NCBI GenBank assembly: GCA_950097015.1
Contig: CATNEN010000038.1
Span: forward strand, 2,108,001-2,172,000
From: Macrostomum hystrix
Lineage: Eukaryota > Animalia > Platyhelminthes
Length of the DNA: 64,000 bases
Direction: 5' to 3'
The notes below the pieces were generated by a model, which saw only the letters and a program-made list of their open reading frames with translations, was not told where the DNA came from and searched no databases. The position numbers and the translations under genes are program-made. Below, piece by piece: positions 49,672-61,950 of the stretch; position 1 is the first letter of the stretch; the number at the start of each line of letters is the position of its first letter.

Positions 49672-52600
49672 ATGGCTGGGGTGGGGAGACGCACTTTAAG
49701 GGTCCACTGCTCCGGCGCTGGATGCTGTAGGAAGCTGAAATTGCACGTGCTTCATCTACAGCCATGGCAATTGATGCTCTGATGGTTATTAGTTGCCCCT
49801 GACCAGTCATGCTGGCGCAATAAGGGTCCTCATGACCTTAGTAACAGAGGCTTCTATGGCTGGGGTGGGGAGACGCACTTTAAGGGTCCACTGCTCCGGC
49901 GCTGGATGCTGTAGGAAGCTGAAATTGCACGTGCTTCATCTACAGCCATGGCAATTGATGCTCTGATGGTTATTAGTTGCCCCTGACCAGTCATGCTGGC
50001 GCAATAAGGGTCCTCATGACCTTAGTAACAGAGGCTTCTATGGCTGGGGTGGGGAGACGCACTTTAAGGGTCCACTGCTCCGGCGCTGGATGCTGTAGGA
50101 AGCTGAAATTGCACGTGCTTCATCTACAGCCATGGCAATTGATGCTCTGATGGTTATTAGTTGCCCCTGACCAGTCATGCTGGCGCAATAAGGGTCCTCA
50201 TGACCTTAGTAACAGAGGCTTCTATGGCTGGGGTGGGGAGACGCACTTTAAGGGTCCACTGCTCCGGCGCTGGATGCTGTAGGAAGCTGAAATTGCACGT
50301 GCTTCATCTACAGCCATGGCAATTGATGCTCTGATGGTTATTAGTTGCCCCTGACCAGTCATGCTGGCGCAATAAGGGTCCTCATGACCTTAGTAACAGA
50401 GGCTTCTATGGCTGGGGTGGGGAGACGCACTTTAAGGGTCCACTGCTCCGGCGCTGGATGCTGTAGGAAGCTGAAATTGCACGTGCTTCATCTACAGCCA
50501 TGGCAATTGATGCTCTGATGGTTATTAGTTGCCCCTGACCAGTCATGCTGGCGCAATAAGGGTCCTCATGACCTTAGTAACAGAGGCTTCTATGGCTGGG
50601 GTGGGGAGACGCACTTTAAGGGTCCACTGCTCCGGCGCTGGATGCTGTAGGAAGCTGAAATTGCACGTGCTTCATCTACAGCCATGGCAATTGATGCTCT
50701 GATGGTTATTAGTTGCCCCTGACCAGTCATGCTGGCGCAATAAGGGTCCTCATGACCTTAGTAACAGAGGCTTCTATGGCTGGGGTGGGGAGACGCACTT
50801 TAAGGGTCCACTGCTCCGGCGCTGGATGCTGTAGGAAGCTGAAATTGCACGTGCTTCATCTACAGCCATGGCAATTGATGCTCTGATGGTTATTAGTTGC
50901 CCCTGACCAGTCATGCTGGCGCAATAAGGGTCCTCATGACCTTAGTAACAGAGGCTTCTATGGCTGGGGTGGGGAGACGCACTTTAAGGGTCCACTGCTC
51001 CGGCGCTGGATGCTGTAGGAAGCTGAAATTGCACGTGCTTCATCTACAGCCATGGCAATTGATGCTCTGATGGTTATTAGTTGCCCCTGACCAGTCATGC
51101 TGGCGCAATAAGGGTCCTCATGACCTTAGTAACAGAGGCTTCTATGGCTGGGGTGGGGAGACGCACTTTAAGGGTCCACTGCTCCGGCGCTGGATGCTGT
51201 AGGAAGCTGAAATTGCACGTGCTTCATCTACAGCCATGGCAATTGATGCTCTGATGGTTATTAGTTGCCCCTGACCAGTCATGCTGGCGCAATAAGGGTC
51301 CTCATGACCTTAGTAACAGAGGCTTCTATGGCTGGGGTGGGGAGACGCACTTTAAGGGTCCACTGCTCCGGCGCTGGATGCTGTAGGAAGCTGAAATTGC
51401 ACGTGCTTCATCTACAGCCATGGCAATTGATGCTCTGATGGTTATTAGTTGCCCCTGACCAGTCATGCTGGCGCAATAAGGGTCCTCATGACCTTAGTAA
51501 CAGAGGCTTCTATGGCTGGGGTGGGGAGACGCACTTTAAGGGTCCACTGCTCCGGCGCTGGATGCTGTAGGAAGCTGAAATTGCACGTGCTTCATCTACA
51601 GCCATGGCAATTGATGCTCTGATGGTTATTAGTTGCCCCTGACCAGTCATGCTGGCGCAATAAGGGTCCTCATGACCTTAGTAACAGAGGCTTCTATGGC
51701 TGGGGTGGGGAGACGCACTTTAAGGGTCCACTGCTCCGGCGCTGGATGCTGTAGGAAGCTGAAATTGCACGTGCTTCATCTACAGCCATGGCAATTGATG
51801 CTCTGATGGTTATTAGTTGCCCCTGACCAGTCATGCTGGCGCAATAAGGGTCCTCATGACCTTAGTAACAGAGGCTTCTATGGCTGGGGTGGGGAGACGC
51901 ACTTTAAGGGTCCACTGCTCCGGCGCTGGATGCTGTAGGAAGCTGAAATTGCACGTGCTTCATCTACAGCCATGGCAATTGATGCTCTGATGGTTATTAG
52001 TTGCCCCTGACCAGTCATGCTGGCGCAATAAGGGTCCTCATGACCTTAGTAACAGAGGCTTCTATGGCTGGGGTGGGGAGACGCACTTTAAGGGTCCACT
52101 GCTCCGGCGCTGGATGCTGTAGGAAGCTGAAATTGCACGTGCTTCATCTACAGCCATGGCAATTGATGCTCTGATGGTTATTAGTTGCCCCTGACCAGTC
52201 ATGCTGGCGCAATAAGGGTCCTCATGACCTTAGTAACAGAGGCTTCTATGGCTGGGGTGGGGAGACGCACTTTAAGGGTCCACTGCTCCGGCGCTGGATG
52301 CTGTAGGAAGCTGAAATTGCACGTGCTTCATCTACAGCCATGGCAATTGATGCTCTGATGGTTATTAGTTGCCCCTGACCAGTCATGCTGGCGCAATAAG
52401 GGTCCTCATGACCTTAGTAACAGAGGCTTCTATGGCTGGGGTGGGGAGACGCACTTTAAGGGTCCACTGCTCCGGCGCTGGATGCTGTAGGAAGCTGAAA
52501 TTGCACGTGCTTCATCTACAGCCATGGCAATTGATGCTCTGATGGTTATTAGTTGCCCCTGACCAGTCATGCTGGCGCAATAAGGGTCCTCATGACCTTA

Positions 52601-55600
52601 GTAACAGAGGCTTCTATGGCTGGGGTGGGGAGACGCACTTTAAGGGTCCACTGCTCCGGCGCTGGATGCTGTAGGAAGCTGAAATTGCACGTGCTTCATC
52701 TACAGCCATGGCAATTGATGCTCTGATGGTTATTAGTTGCCCCTGACCAGTCATGCTGGCGCAATAAGGGTCCTCATGACCTTAGTAACAGAGGCTTCTA
52801 TGGCTGGGGTGGGGAGACGCACTTTAAGGGTCCACTGCTCCGGCGCTGGATGCTGTAGGAAGCTGAAATTGCACGTGCTTCATCTACAGCCATGGCAATT
52901 GATGCTCTGATGGTTATTAGTTGCCCCTGACCAGTCATGCTGGCGCAATAAGGGTCCTCATGACCTTAGTAACAGAGGCTTCTATGGCTGGGGTGGGGAG
53001 ACGCACTTTAAGGGTCCACTGCTCCGGCGCTGGATGCTGTAGGAAGCTGAAATTGCACGTGCTTCATCTACAGCCATGGCAATTGATGCTCTGATGGTTA
53101 TTAGTTGCCCCTGACCAGTCATGCTGGCGCAATAAGGGTCCTCATGACCTTAGTAACAGAGGCTTCTATGGCTGGGGTGGGGAGACGCACTTTAAGGGTC
53201 CACTGCTCCGGCGCTGGATGCTGTAGGAAGCTGAAATTGCACGTGCTTCATCTACAGCCATGGCAATTGATGCTCTGATGGTTATTAGTTGCCCCTGACC
53301 AGTCATGCTGGCGCAATAAGGGTCCTCATGACCTTAGTAACAGAGGCTTCTATGGCTGGGGTGGGGAGACGCACTTTAAGGGTCCACTGCTCCGGCGCTG
53401 GATGCTGTAGGAAGCTGAAATTGCACGTGCTTCATCTACAGCCATGGCAATTGATGCTCTGATGGTTATTAGTTGCCCCTGACCAGTCATGCTGGCGCAA
53501 TAAGGGTCCTCATGACCTTAGTAACAGAGGCTTCTATGGCTGGGGTGGGGAGACGCACTTTAAGGGTCCACTGCTCCGGCGCTGGATGCTGTAGGAAGCT
53601 GAAATTGCACGTGCTTCATCTACAGCCATGGCAATTGATGCTCTGATGGTTATTAGTTGCCCCTGACCAGTCATGCTGGCGCAATAAGGGTCCTCATGAC
53701 CTTAGTAACAGAGGCTTCTATGGCTGGGGTGGGGAGACGCACTTTAAGGGTCCACTGCTCCGGCGCTGGATGCTGTAGGAAGCTGAAATTGCACGTGCTT
53801 CATCTACAGCCATGGCAATTGATGCTCTGATGGTTATTAGTTGCCCCTGACCAGTCATGCTGGCGCAATAAGGGTCCCTCATGACCTTAGTAACAGAGGC
53901 TTCTATGGCTGGGGTGGGGAGACGCACTTTAAGGGTCCACTTGCTCCGGCGCTGGATGCTGTAGGAAGCTGAAATTGCACGTGCTTCATCTACAGCCATG
54001 GCAATTGATGCTCTGATGGTTATTAGTTGCCCCTGACCAGTCATGCTGGCGCAATAAGGGTCCTCATGACCTTAGTAACAGAGGCTTCTATGGCTGGGGT
54101 GGGGAGACGCACTTTAAGGGTCCACTGCTCCGGCGCTGGATGCTGTAGGAAGCTGAAATTGCACGTGCTTCATCTACAGCCATGGCAATTGATGCTCTGA
54201 TGGTTATTAGTTGCCCCTGACCAGTCATGCTGGCGCAATAAGGGTCCTCATGACCTTAGTAACAGAGGCTTCTATGGCTGGGGTGGGGAGACGCACTTTA
54301 AGGGTCCACTGCTCCGGCGCTGGATGCTGTAGGAAGCTGAAATTGCACGTGCTTCATCTACAGCCATGGCAATTGATGCTCTGATGGTTATTAGTTGCCC
54401 CTGACCAGTCATGCTGGCGCAATAAGGGTCCTCATGACCTTAGTAACAGAGGCTTCTATGGCTGGGGTGGGGAGACGCACTTTAAGGGTCCACTGCTCCG
54501 GCGCTGGATGCTGTAGGAAGCTGAAATTGCACGTGCTTCATCTACAGCCATGGCAATTGATGCTCTGATGGTTATTAGTTGCCCCTGACCAGTCATGCTG
54601 GCGCAATAAAGGGTCCTCATGACCTTAGTAACAGAGGCTTCTATGGCTGGGGTGGGGAGACGCACTTTAAGGGTCCACTGCTCCGGCGCTGGATGCTGTA
54701 GGAAGCTGAAATTGCACGTGCTTCATCTACAGCCATGGCAATTGATGCTCTGATGGTTATTAGTTGCCCCTGACCAGTCATGCTGGCGCAATAAGGGTCC
54801 TCATGACCTTAGTAACAGAGGCTTCTATGGCTGGGGTGGGGAAGACGCACTTTAAGGGTCCACTGCTCCGGCGCTGGATGCTGTAGGAAGCTGAAATTGC
54901 ACGTGCTTCATCTACAGCCATGGCAATTGATGCTCTGATGGTTATTAGTTGCCCCTGACCAGTCATGCTGGCGCAATAAGGGTCCTCATGACCTTAGTAA
55001 CAGAGGCTTCTATGGCTGGGGTGGGGAGACGCACTTTAAGGGTCCACTGCTCCGGCGCTGGATGCTGTAGGAAGCTGAAATTGCACGTGCTTCATCTACA
55101 GCCATGGCAATTGATGCTCTGATGGTTATTAGTTGCCCCTGACCAGTCATGCTGGCGCAATAAGGGTCCTCATGACCTTAGTAACAGAGGCTTCTATGGC
55201 TGGGGTGGGGAGACGCACTTTAAGGGTCCACTGCTCCGGCGCTGGATGCTGTAGGAAGCTGAAATTGCACGTGCTTCATCTACAGCCATGGCAATTGATG
55301 CTCTGATGGTTATTAGTTGCCCCTGACCAGTCATGCTGGCGCAATAAGGGTCCTCATGACCTTAGTAACAGAGGCTTCTATGGCTGGGGTGGGGAGACGC
55401 ACTTTAAGGGTCCACTGCTCCGGCGCTGGATGCTGTAGGAAGCTGAAATTGCACGTGCTTCATCTACAGCCATGGCAATTGATGCTCTGATGGTTATTAG
55501 TTGCCCCTGACCAGTCATGCTGGCGCAATAAGGGTCCTCATGACCTTAGTAACAGAGGCTTCTATGGCTGGGGTGGGGAGACGCACTTTAAGGGTCCACT

Positions 55601-58600
55601 GCTCCGGCGCTGGATGCTGTAGGAAGCTGAAATTGCACGTGCTTCATCTACAGCCATGGCAATTGATGCTCTGATGGTTATTAGTTGCCCCTGACCAGTC
55701 ATGCTGGCGCAATAAGGGTCCTCATGACCTTAGTAACAGAGGCTTCTATGGCTGGGGTGGGGAGACGCACTTTAAGGGTCCACTGCTCCGGCGCTGGATG
55801 CTGTAGGAAGCTGAAATTGCACGTGCTTCATCTACAGCCATGGCAATTGATGCTCTGATGGTTATTAGTTGCCCCTGACCAGTCATGCTGGCGCAATAAG
55901 GGTCCTCATGACCTTAGTAACAGAGGCTTCTATGGCTGGGGTGGGGAGACGCACTTTAAGGGTCCACTGCTCCGGCGCTGGATGCTGTAGGAAGCTGAAA
56001 TTGCACGTGCTTCATCTACAGCCATGGCAATTGATGCTCTGATGGTTATTAGTTGCCCCTGACCAGTCATGCTGGCGCAATAAGGGTCCTCATGACCTTA
56101 GTAACAGAGGCTTCTATGGCTGGGGTGGGGAGACGCACTTTAAGGGTCCACTGCTCCGGCGCTGGATGCTGTAGGAAGCTGAAATTGCACGTGCTTCATC
56201 TACAGCCATGGCAATTGATGCTCTGATGGTTATTAGTTGCCCCTGACCAGTCATGCTGGCGCAATAAGGGTCCTCATGACCTTAGTAACAGAGGCTTCTA
56301 TGGCTGGGGTGGGGAGACGCACTTTAAGGGTCCACTGCTCCGGCGCTGGATGCTGTAGGAAGCTGAAATTGCACGTGCTTCATCTACAGCCATGGCAATT
56401 GATGCTCTGATGGTTATTAGTTGCCCCTGACCAGTCATGCTGGCGCAATAAGGGTCCTCATGACCTTAGTAACAGAGGCTTCTATGGCTGGGGTGGGGAG
56501 ACGCACTTTAAGGGTCCACTGCTCCGGCGCTGGATGCTGTAGGAAGCTGAAATTGCACGTGCTTCATCTACAGCCATGGCAATTGATGCTCTGATGGTTA
56601 TTAGTTGCCCCTGACCAGTCATGCTGGCGCAATAAGGGTCCTCATGACCTTAGTAACAGAGGCTTCTATGGCTGGGGTGGGGAGACGCACTTTAAGGGTC
56701 CACTGCTCCGGCGCTGGATGCTGTAGGAAGCTGAAATTGCACGTGCTTCATCTACAGCCATGGCAATTGATGCTCTGATGGTTATTAGTTGCCCCTGACC
56801 AGTCATGCTGGCGCAATAAGGGTCCTCATGACCTTAGTAACAGAGGCTTCTATGGCTGGGGTGGGGAGACGCACTTTAAGGGTCCACTGCTCCGGCGCTG
56901 GATGCTGTAGGAAGCTGAAATTGCACGTGCTTCATCTACAGCCATGGCAATTGATGCTCTGATGGTTATTAGTTGCCCCTGACCAGTCATGCTGGCGCAA
57001 TAAGGGTCCTCATGACCTTAGTAACAGAGGCTTCTATGGCTGGGGTGGGGAGACGCACTTTAAGGGTCCACTGCTCCGGCGCTGGATGCTGTAGGAAGCT
57101 GAAATTGCACGTGCTTCATCTACAGCCATGGCAATTGATGCTCTGATGGTTATTAGTTGCCCCTGACCAGTCATGCTGGCGCAATAAGGGTCCTCATGAC
57201 CTTAGTAACAGAGGCTTCTATGGCTGGGGTGGGGAGACGCACTTTAAGGGTCCACTGCTCCGGCGCTGGATGCTGTAGGAAGCTGAAATTGCACGTGCTT
57301 CATCTACAGCCATGGCAATTGATGCTCTGATGGTTATTAGTTGCCCCTGACCAGTCATGCTGGCGCAATAAGGGTCCTCATGACCTTAGTAACAGAGGCT
57401 TCTATGGCTGGGGTGGGGAGACGCACTTTAAGGGTCCACTGCTCCGGCGCTGGATGCTGTAGGAAGCTGAAATTGCACGTGCTTCATCTACAGCCATGGC
57501 AATTGATGCTCTGATGGTTATTAGTTGCCCCTGACCAGTCATGCTGGCGCAATAAGGGTCCTCATGACCTTAGTAACAGAGGCTTCTATGGCTGGGGTGG
57601 GGAGACGCACTTTAAGGGTCCACTGCTCCGGCGCTGGATGCTGTAGGAAGCTGAAATTGCACGTGCTTCATCTACAGCCATGGCAATTGATGCTCTGATG
57701 GTTATTAGTTGCCCCTGACCAGTCATGCTGGCGCAATAAGGGTCCTCATGACCTTAGTAACAGAGGCTTCTATGGCTGGGGTGGGGAGACGCACTTTAAG
57801 GGTCCACTGCTCCGGCGCTGGATGCTGTAGGAAGCTGAAATTGCACGTGCTTCATCTACAGCCATGGCAATTGATGCTCTGATGGTTATTAGTTGCCCCT
57901 GACCAGTCATGCTGGCGCAATAAGGGTCCTCATGACCTTAGTAACAGAGGCTTCTATGGCTGGGGTGGGGAGACGCACTTTAAGGGTCCACTGCTCCGGC
58001 GCTGGATGCTGTAGGAAGCTGAAATTGCACGTGCTTCATCTACAGCCATGGCAATTGATGCTCTGATGGTTATTAGTTGCCCCTGACCAGTCATGCTGGC
58101 GCAATAAGGGTCCTCATGACCTTAGTAACAGAGGCTTCTATGGCTGGGGTGGGGAGACGCACTTTAAGGGTCCACTGCTCCGGCGCTGGATGCTGTAGGA
58201 AGCTGAAATTGCACGTGCTTCATCTACAGCCATGGCAATTGATGCTCTGATGGTTATTAGTTGCCCCTGACCAGTCATGCTGGCGCAATAAGGGTCCTCA
58301 TGACCTTAGTAACAGAGGCTTCTATGGCTGGGGTGGGGAGACGCACTTTAAGGGTCCACTGCTCCGGCGCTGGATGCTGTAGGAAGCTGAAATTGCACGT
58401 GCTTCATCTACAGCCATGGCAATTGATGCTCTGATGGTTATTAGTTGCCCCTGACCAGTCATGCTGGCGCAATAAGGGTCCTCATGACCTTAGTAACAGA
58501 GGCTTCTATGGCTGGGGTGGGGAGACGCACTTTAAGGGTCCACTGCTCCGGCGCTGGATGCTGTAGGAAGCTGAAATTGCACGTGCTTCATCTACAGCCA

Positions 58601-61600
58601 TGGCAATTGATGCTCTGATGGTTATTAGTTGCCCCTGACCAGTCATGCTGGCGCAATAAGGGTCCTCATGACCTTAGTAACAGAGGCTTCTATGGCTGGG
58701 GTGGGGAGACGCACTTTAAGGGTCCACTGCTCCGGCGCTGGATGCTGTAGGAAGCTGAAATTGCACGTGCTTCATCTACAGCCATGGCAATTGATGCTCT
58801 GATGGTTATTAGTTGCCCCTGACCAGTCATGCTGGCGCAATAAGGGTCCTCATGACCTTAGTAACAGAGGCTTCTATGGCTGGGGTGGGGAGACGCACTT
58901 TAAGGGTCCACTGCTCCGGCGCTGGATGCTGTAGGAAGCTGAAATTGCACGTGCTTCATCTACAGCCATGGCAATTGATGCTCTGATGGTTATTAGTTGC
59001 CCCTGACCAGTCATGCTGGCGCAATAAGGGTCCTCATGACCTTAGTAACAGAGGCTTCTATGGCTGGGGTGGGGAGACGCACTTTAAGGGTCCACTGCTC
59101 CGGCGCTGGATGCTGTAGGAAGCTGAAATTGCACGTGCTTCATCTACAGCCATGGCAATTGATGCTCTGATGGTTATTAGTTGCCCCCTGACCAGTCATG
59201 CTGGCGCAATAAGGGTCCTCATGACCTTAGTAACAGAGGCTTCTATGGCTGGGGTGGGGAGACGCACTTTAAGGGTCCACTGCTCCGGCGCTGGATGCTG
59301 TAGGAAGCTGAAATTGCACGTGCTTCATCTACAGCCATGGCAATTGATGCTCTGATGGTTATTAGTTGCCCCTGACCAGTCATGCTGGCGCAATAAGGGT
59401 CCTCATGACCTTAGTAACAGAGGCTTCTATGGCTGGGGTGGGGAGACGCACTTTAAGGGTTCCACTGCTCCGGCGCTGGATGCTGTAGGAAGCTGAAATT
59501 GCACGTGCTTCATCTACAGCCATGGCAATTGATGCTCTGATGGTTATTAGTTGCCCCTGACCAGTCATGCTGGCGCAATAAGGGTCCTCATGACCTTAGT
59601 AACAGAGGCTTCTATGGCTGGGGTGGGGAGACGCACTTTAAGGGTCCACTGCTCCGGCGCTGGATGCTGTAGGAAGCTGAAATTGCACGTGCTTCATCTA
59701 CAGCCATGGCAATTGATGCTCTGATGGTTATTAGTTGCCCCTGACCAGTCATGCTGGCGCAATAAGGGTCCTCATGACCTTAGTAACAGAGGCTTCTATG
59801 GCTGGGGTGGGGAGACGCACTTTAAGGGTCCACTGCTCCGGCGCTGGATGCTGTAGGAAGCTGAAATTGCACGTGCTTCATCTACAGCCATGGCAATTGA
59901 TGCTCTGATGGTTATTAGTTGCCCCTGACCAGTCATGCTGGCGCAATAAGGGTCCTCATGACCTTAGTAACAGAGGCTTCTATGGCTGGGGTGGGGAGAC
60001 GCACTTTAAGGGTCCACTGCTCCGGCGCTGGATGCTGTAGGAAGCTGAAATTGCACGTGCTTCATCTACAGCCATGGCAATTGATGCTCTGATGGTTATT
60101 AGTTGCCCCTGACCAGTCATGCTGGCGCAATAAGGGTCCTCATGACCTTAGTAACAGAGGCTTCTATGGCTGGGGTGGGGAGACGCACTTTAAGGGTCCA
60201 CTGCTCCGGCGCTGGATGCTGTAGGAAGCTGAAATTGCACGTGCTTCATCTACAGCCATGGCAATTGATGCTCTGATGGTTATTAGTTGCCCCTGACCAG
60301 TCATGCTGGCGCAATAAGGGTCCTCATGACCTTAGTAACAGAGGCTTCTATGGCTGGGGGTGGGGAGACGCACTTTAAGGGTCCACTGCTCCGGCGCTGG
60401 ATGCTGTAGGAAGCTGAAATTGCACGTGCTTCATCTACAGCCATGGCAATTGATGCTCTGATGGTTATTAGTTGCCCCTGACCAGTCATGCTGGCGCAAT
60501 AAGGGTCCTCATGACCTTAGTAACAGAGGCTTCTATGGCTGGGGTGGGGAGACGCACTTTAAGGGTCCACTGCTCCGGCGCTGGATGCTGTAGGAAGCTG
60601 AAATTGCACGTGCTTCATCTACAGCCATGGCAATTGATGCTCTGATGGTTATTAGTTGCCCCTGACCAGTCATGCTGGCGCAATAAGGGTCCTCATGACC
60701 TTAGTAACAGAGGCTTCTATGGCTGGGGTGGGGAGACGCACTTTAAGGGTCCACTGCTCCGGCGCTGGATGCTGTAGGAAGCTGAAATTGCAACGTGCTT
60801 CATCTACAGCCATGGCAATTGATGCTCTGATGGTTATTAGTTGCCCCTGACCAGTCATGCTGGCGCAATAAGGGTCCTCATGACCTTAGTAACAGAGGCT
60901 TCTATGGCTGGGGTGGGGAGACGCACTTTAAGGGTCCACTGCTCCGGCGCTGGATGCTGTAGGAAGCTGAAATTGCACGTGCTTCATCTACAGCCATGGC
61001 AATTGATGCTCTGATGGTTATTAGTTGCCCCTGACCAGTCATGCTGGCGCAATAAGGGTCCTCATGACCTTAGTAACAGAGGCTTCTATGGCTGGGGTGG
61101 GGAGACGCACTTTAAGGGTCCACTGCTCCGGCGCTGGATGCTGTAGGAAGCTGAAATTGCACGTGCTTCATCTACAGCCATGGCAATTGATGCTCTGATG
61201 GTTATTAGTTGCCCCTGACCAGTCATGCTGGCGCAATAAGGGTCCTCATGACCTTAGTAACAGAGGCTTCTATGGCTGGGGTGGGGAGACGCACTTTAAG
61301 GGTCCACTGCTCCGGCGCTGGATGCTGTAGGAAGCTGAAATTGCACGTGCTTCATCTACAGCCATGGCAATTGATGCTCTGATGGTTATTAGTTGCCCCT
61401 GACCAGTCATGCTGGCGCAATAAGGGTCCTCATGACCTTAGTAACAGAGGCTTCTATGGCTGGGGTGGGGAGACGCACTTTAAGGGTCCACTGCTCCGGC
61501 GCTGGATGCTGTAGGAAGCTGAAATTGCACGTGCTTCATCTACAGCCATGGCAATTGATGCTCTGATGGTTATTAGTTGCCCCTGACCAGTCATGCTGGC

Positions 61601-61740
61601 GCAATAAGGGTCCTCATGACCTTAGTAACAGAGGCTTCTATGGCTGGGGTGGGGAGACGCACTTTAAGGGTCCACTGCTCCGGCGCTGGATGCTGTAGGA
61701 AGCTGAAATTGCACGTGCTTCATCTACAGCCATGGCAATT
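49672..61740 (-). repeat. 184-bp satellite array, right arm, inverted relative to the left arm (about 65.5 copies)
   Basis: Reverse complement of the left-arm monomer; the only variants noticed are rare 1-bp insertions. Confidence 0.97.
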
Positions 61741-61825
61741 AATATTTTTCGATGTTACGACCATTTGTTTTAACTTTTATTTTTTCCGGTACTGGTACTG
61801 TTACTGGTACTGGAAAATAGGACGT

Positions 61826-61950
61826 TGTGCTGAAGTGCTTGGTCTTGGTGCTGCTGTTGTTGCGCCGTCTTCTACTGCATTGTTTGGCCTTGCTGTTGCT
61901 CGTCGAGCTGCTTTAGTCAAGCGACTTAAAAAACTTTTCTTAGGTGGCAT
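61826..61950 (-). pseudogene. Detached N-terminus of the Helitron ORF
   Basis: MPPKKSFLSRLTKAARR...PRPSTSAQ joins in frame to PQAASSENEAE at 42317 once the insert and one TSD copy are removed. Confidence 0.85.

Larger units (their letters stand above)
42326..61825 (+). mobile_element. Giant Foldback/NOF-like (Mutator superfamily) transposon with satellite-array inverted arms
   Basis: 85-bp perfect terminal IR ACGTCCTATTTTCCAGTACC... at 42326-42410 and 61741-61825. 8-bp TSD TGTGCTGA at 42318-42325 and 61826-61833. Inverted 184-bp arrays. Central DDE gene. Confidence 0.9.

Noticed and set aside
53718-60858. Short ORFs (MTGQGQLITIR...) in the satellite
   Set aside because: They pass the length cutoff only where 1-bp insertions shift the frame; 184 is not divisible by 3.
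49672-61740. CRISPR array, rRNA/5S/snRNA/SL-RNA cluster or hammerhead ribozyme array
   Set aside because: Monomers are identical with no spacers. I recognise no 5S, tRNA or SL sequence. The core reads CTGATGG rather than CTGATGA and lacks hammerhead stems.
42326-61825. Polinton/Maverick (large size, AGT-rich ends, possible 6-bp TSD)
   Set aside because: No protein-primed polymerase, integrase, ATPase or capsid genes; the single gene is MULE/NOF-like.
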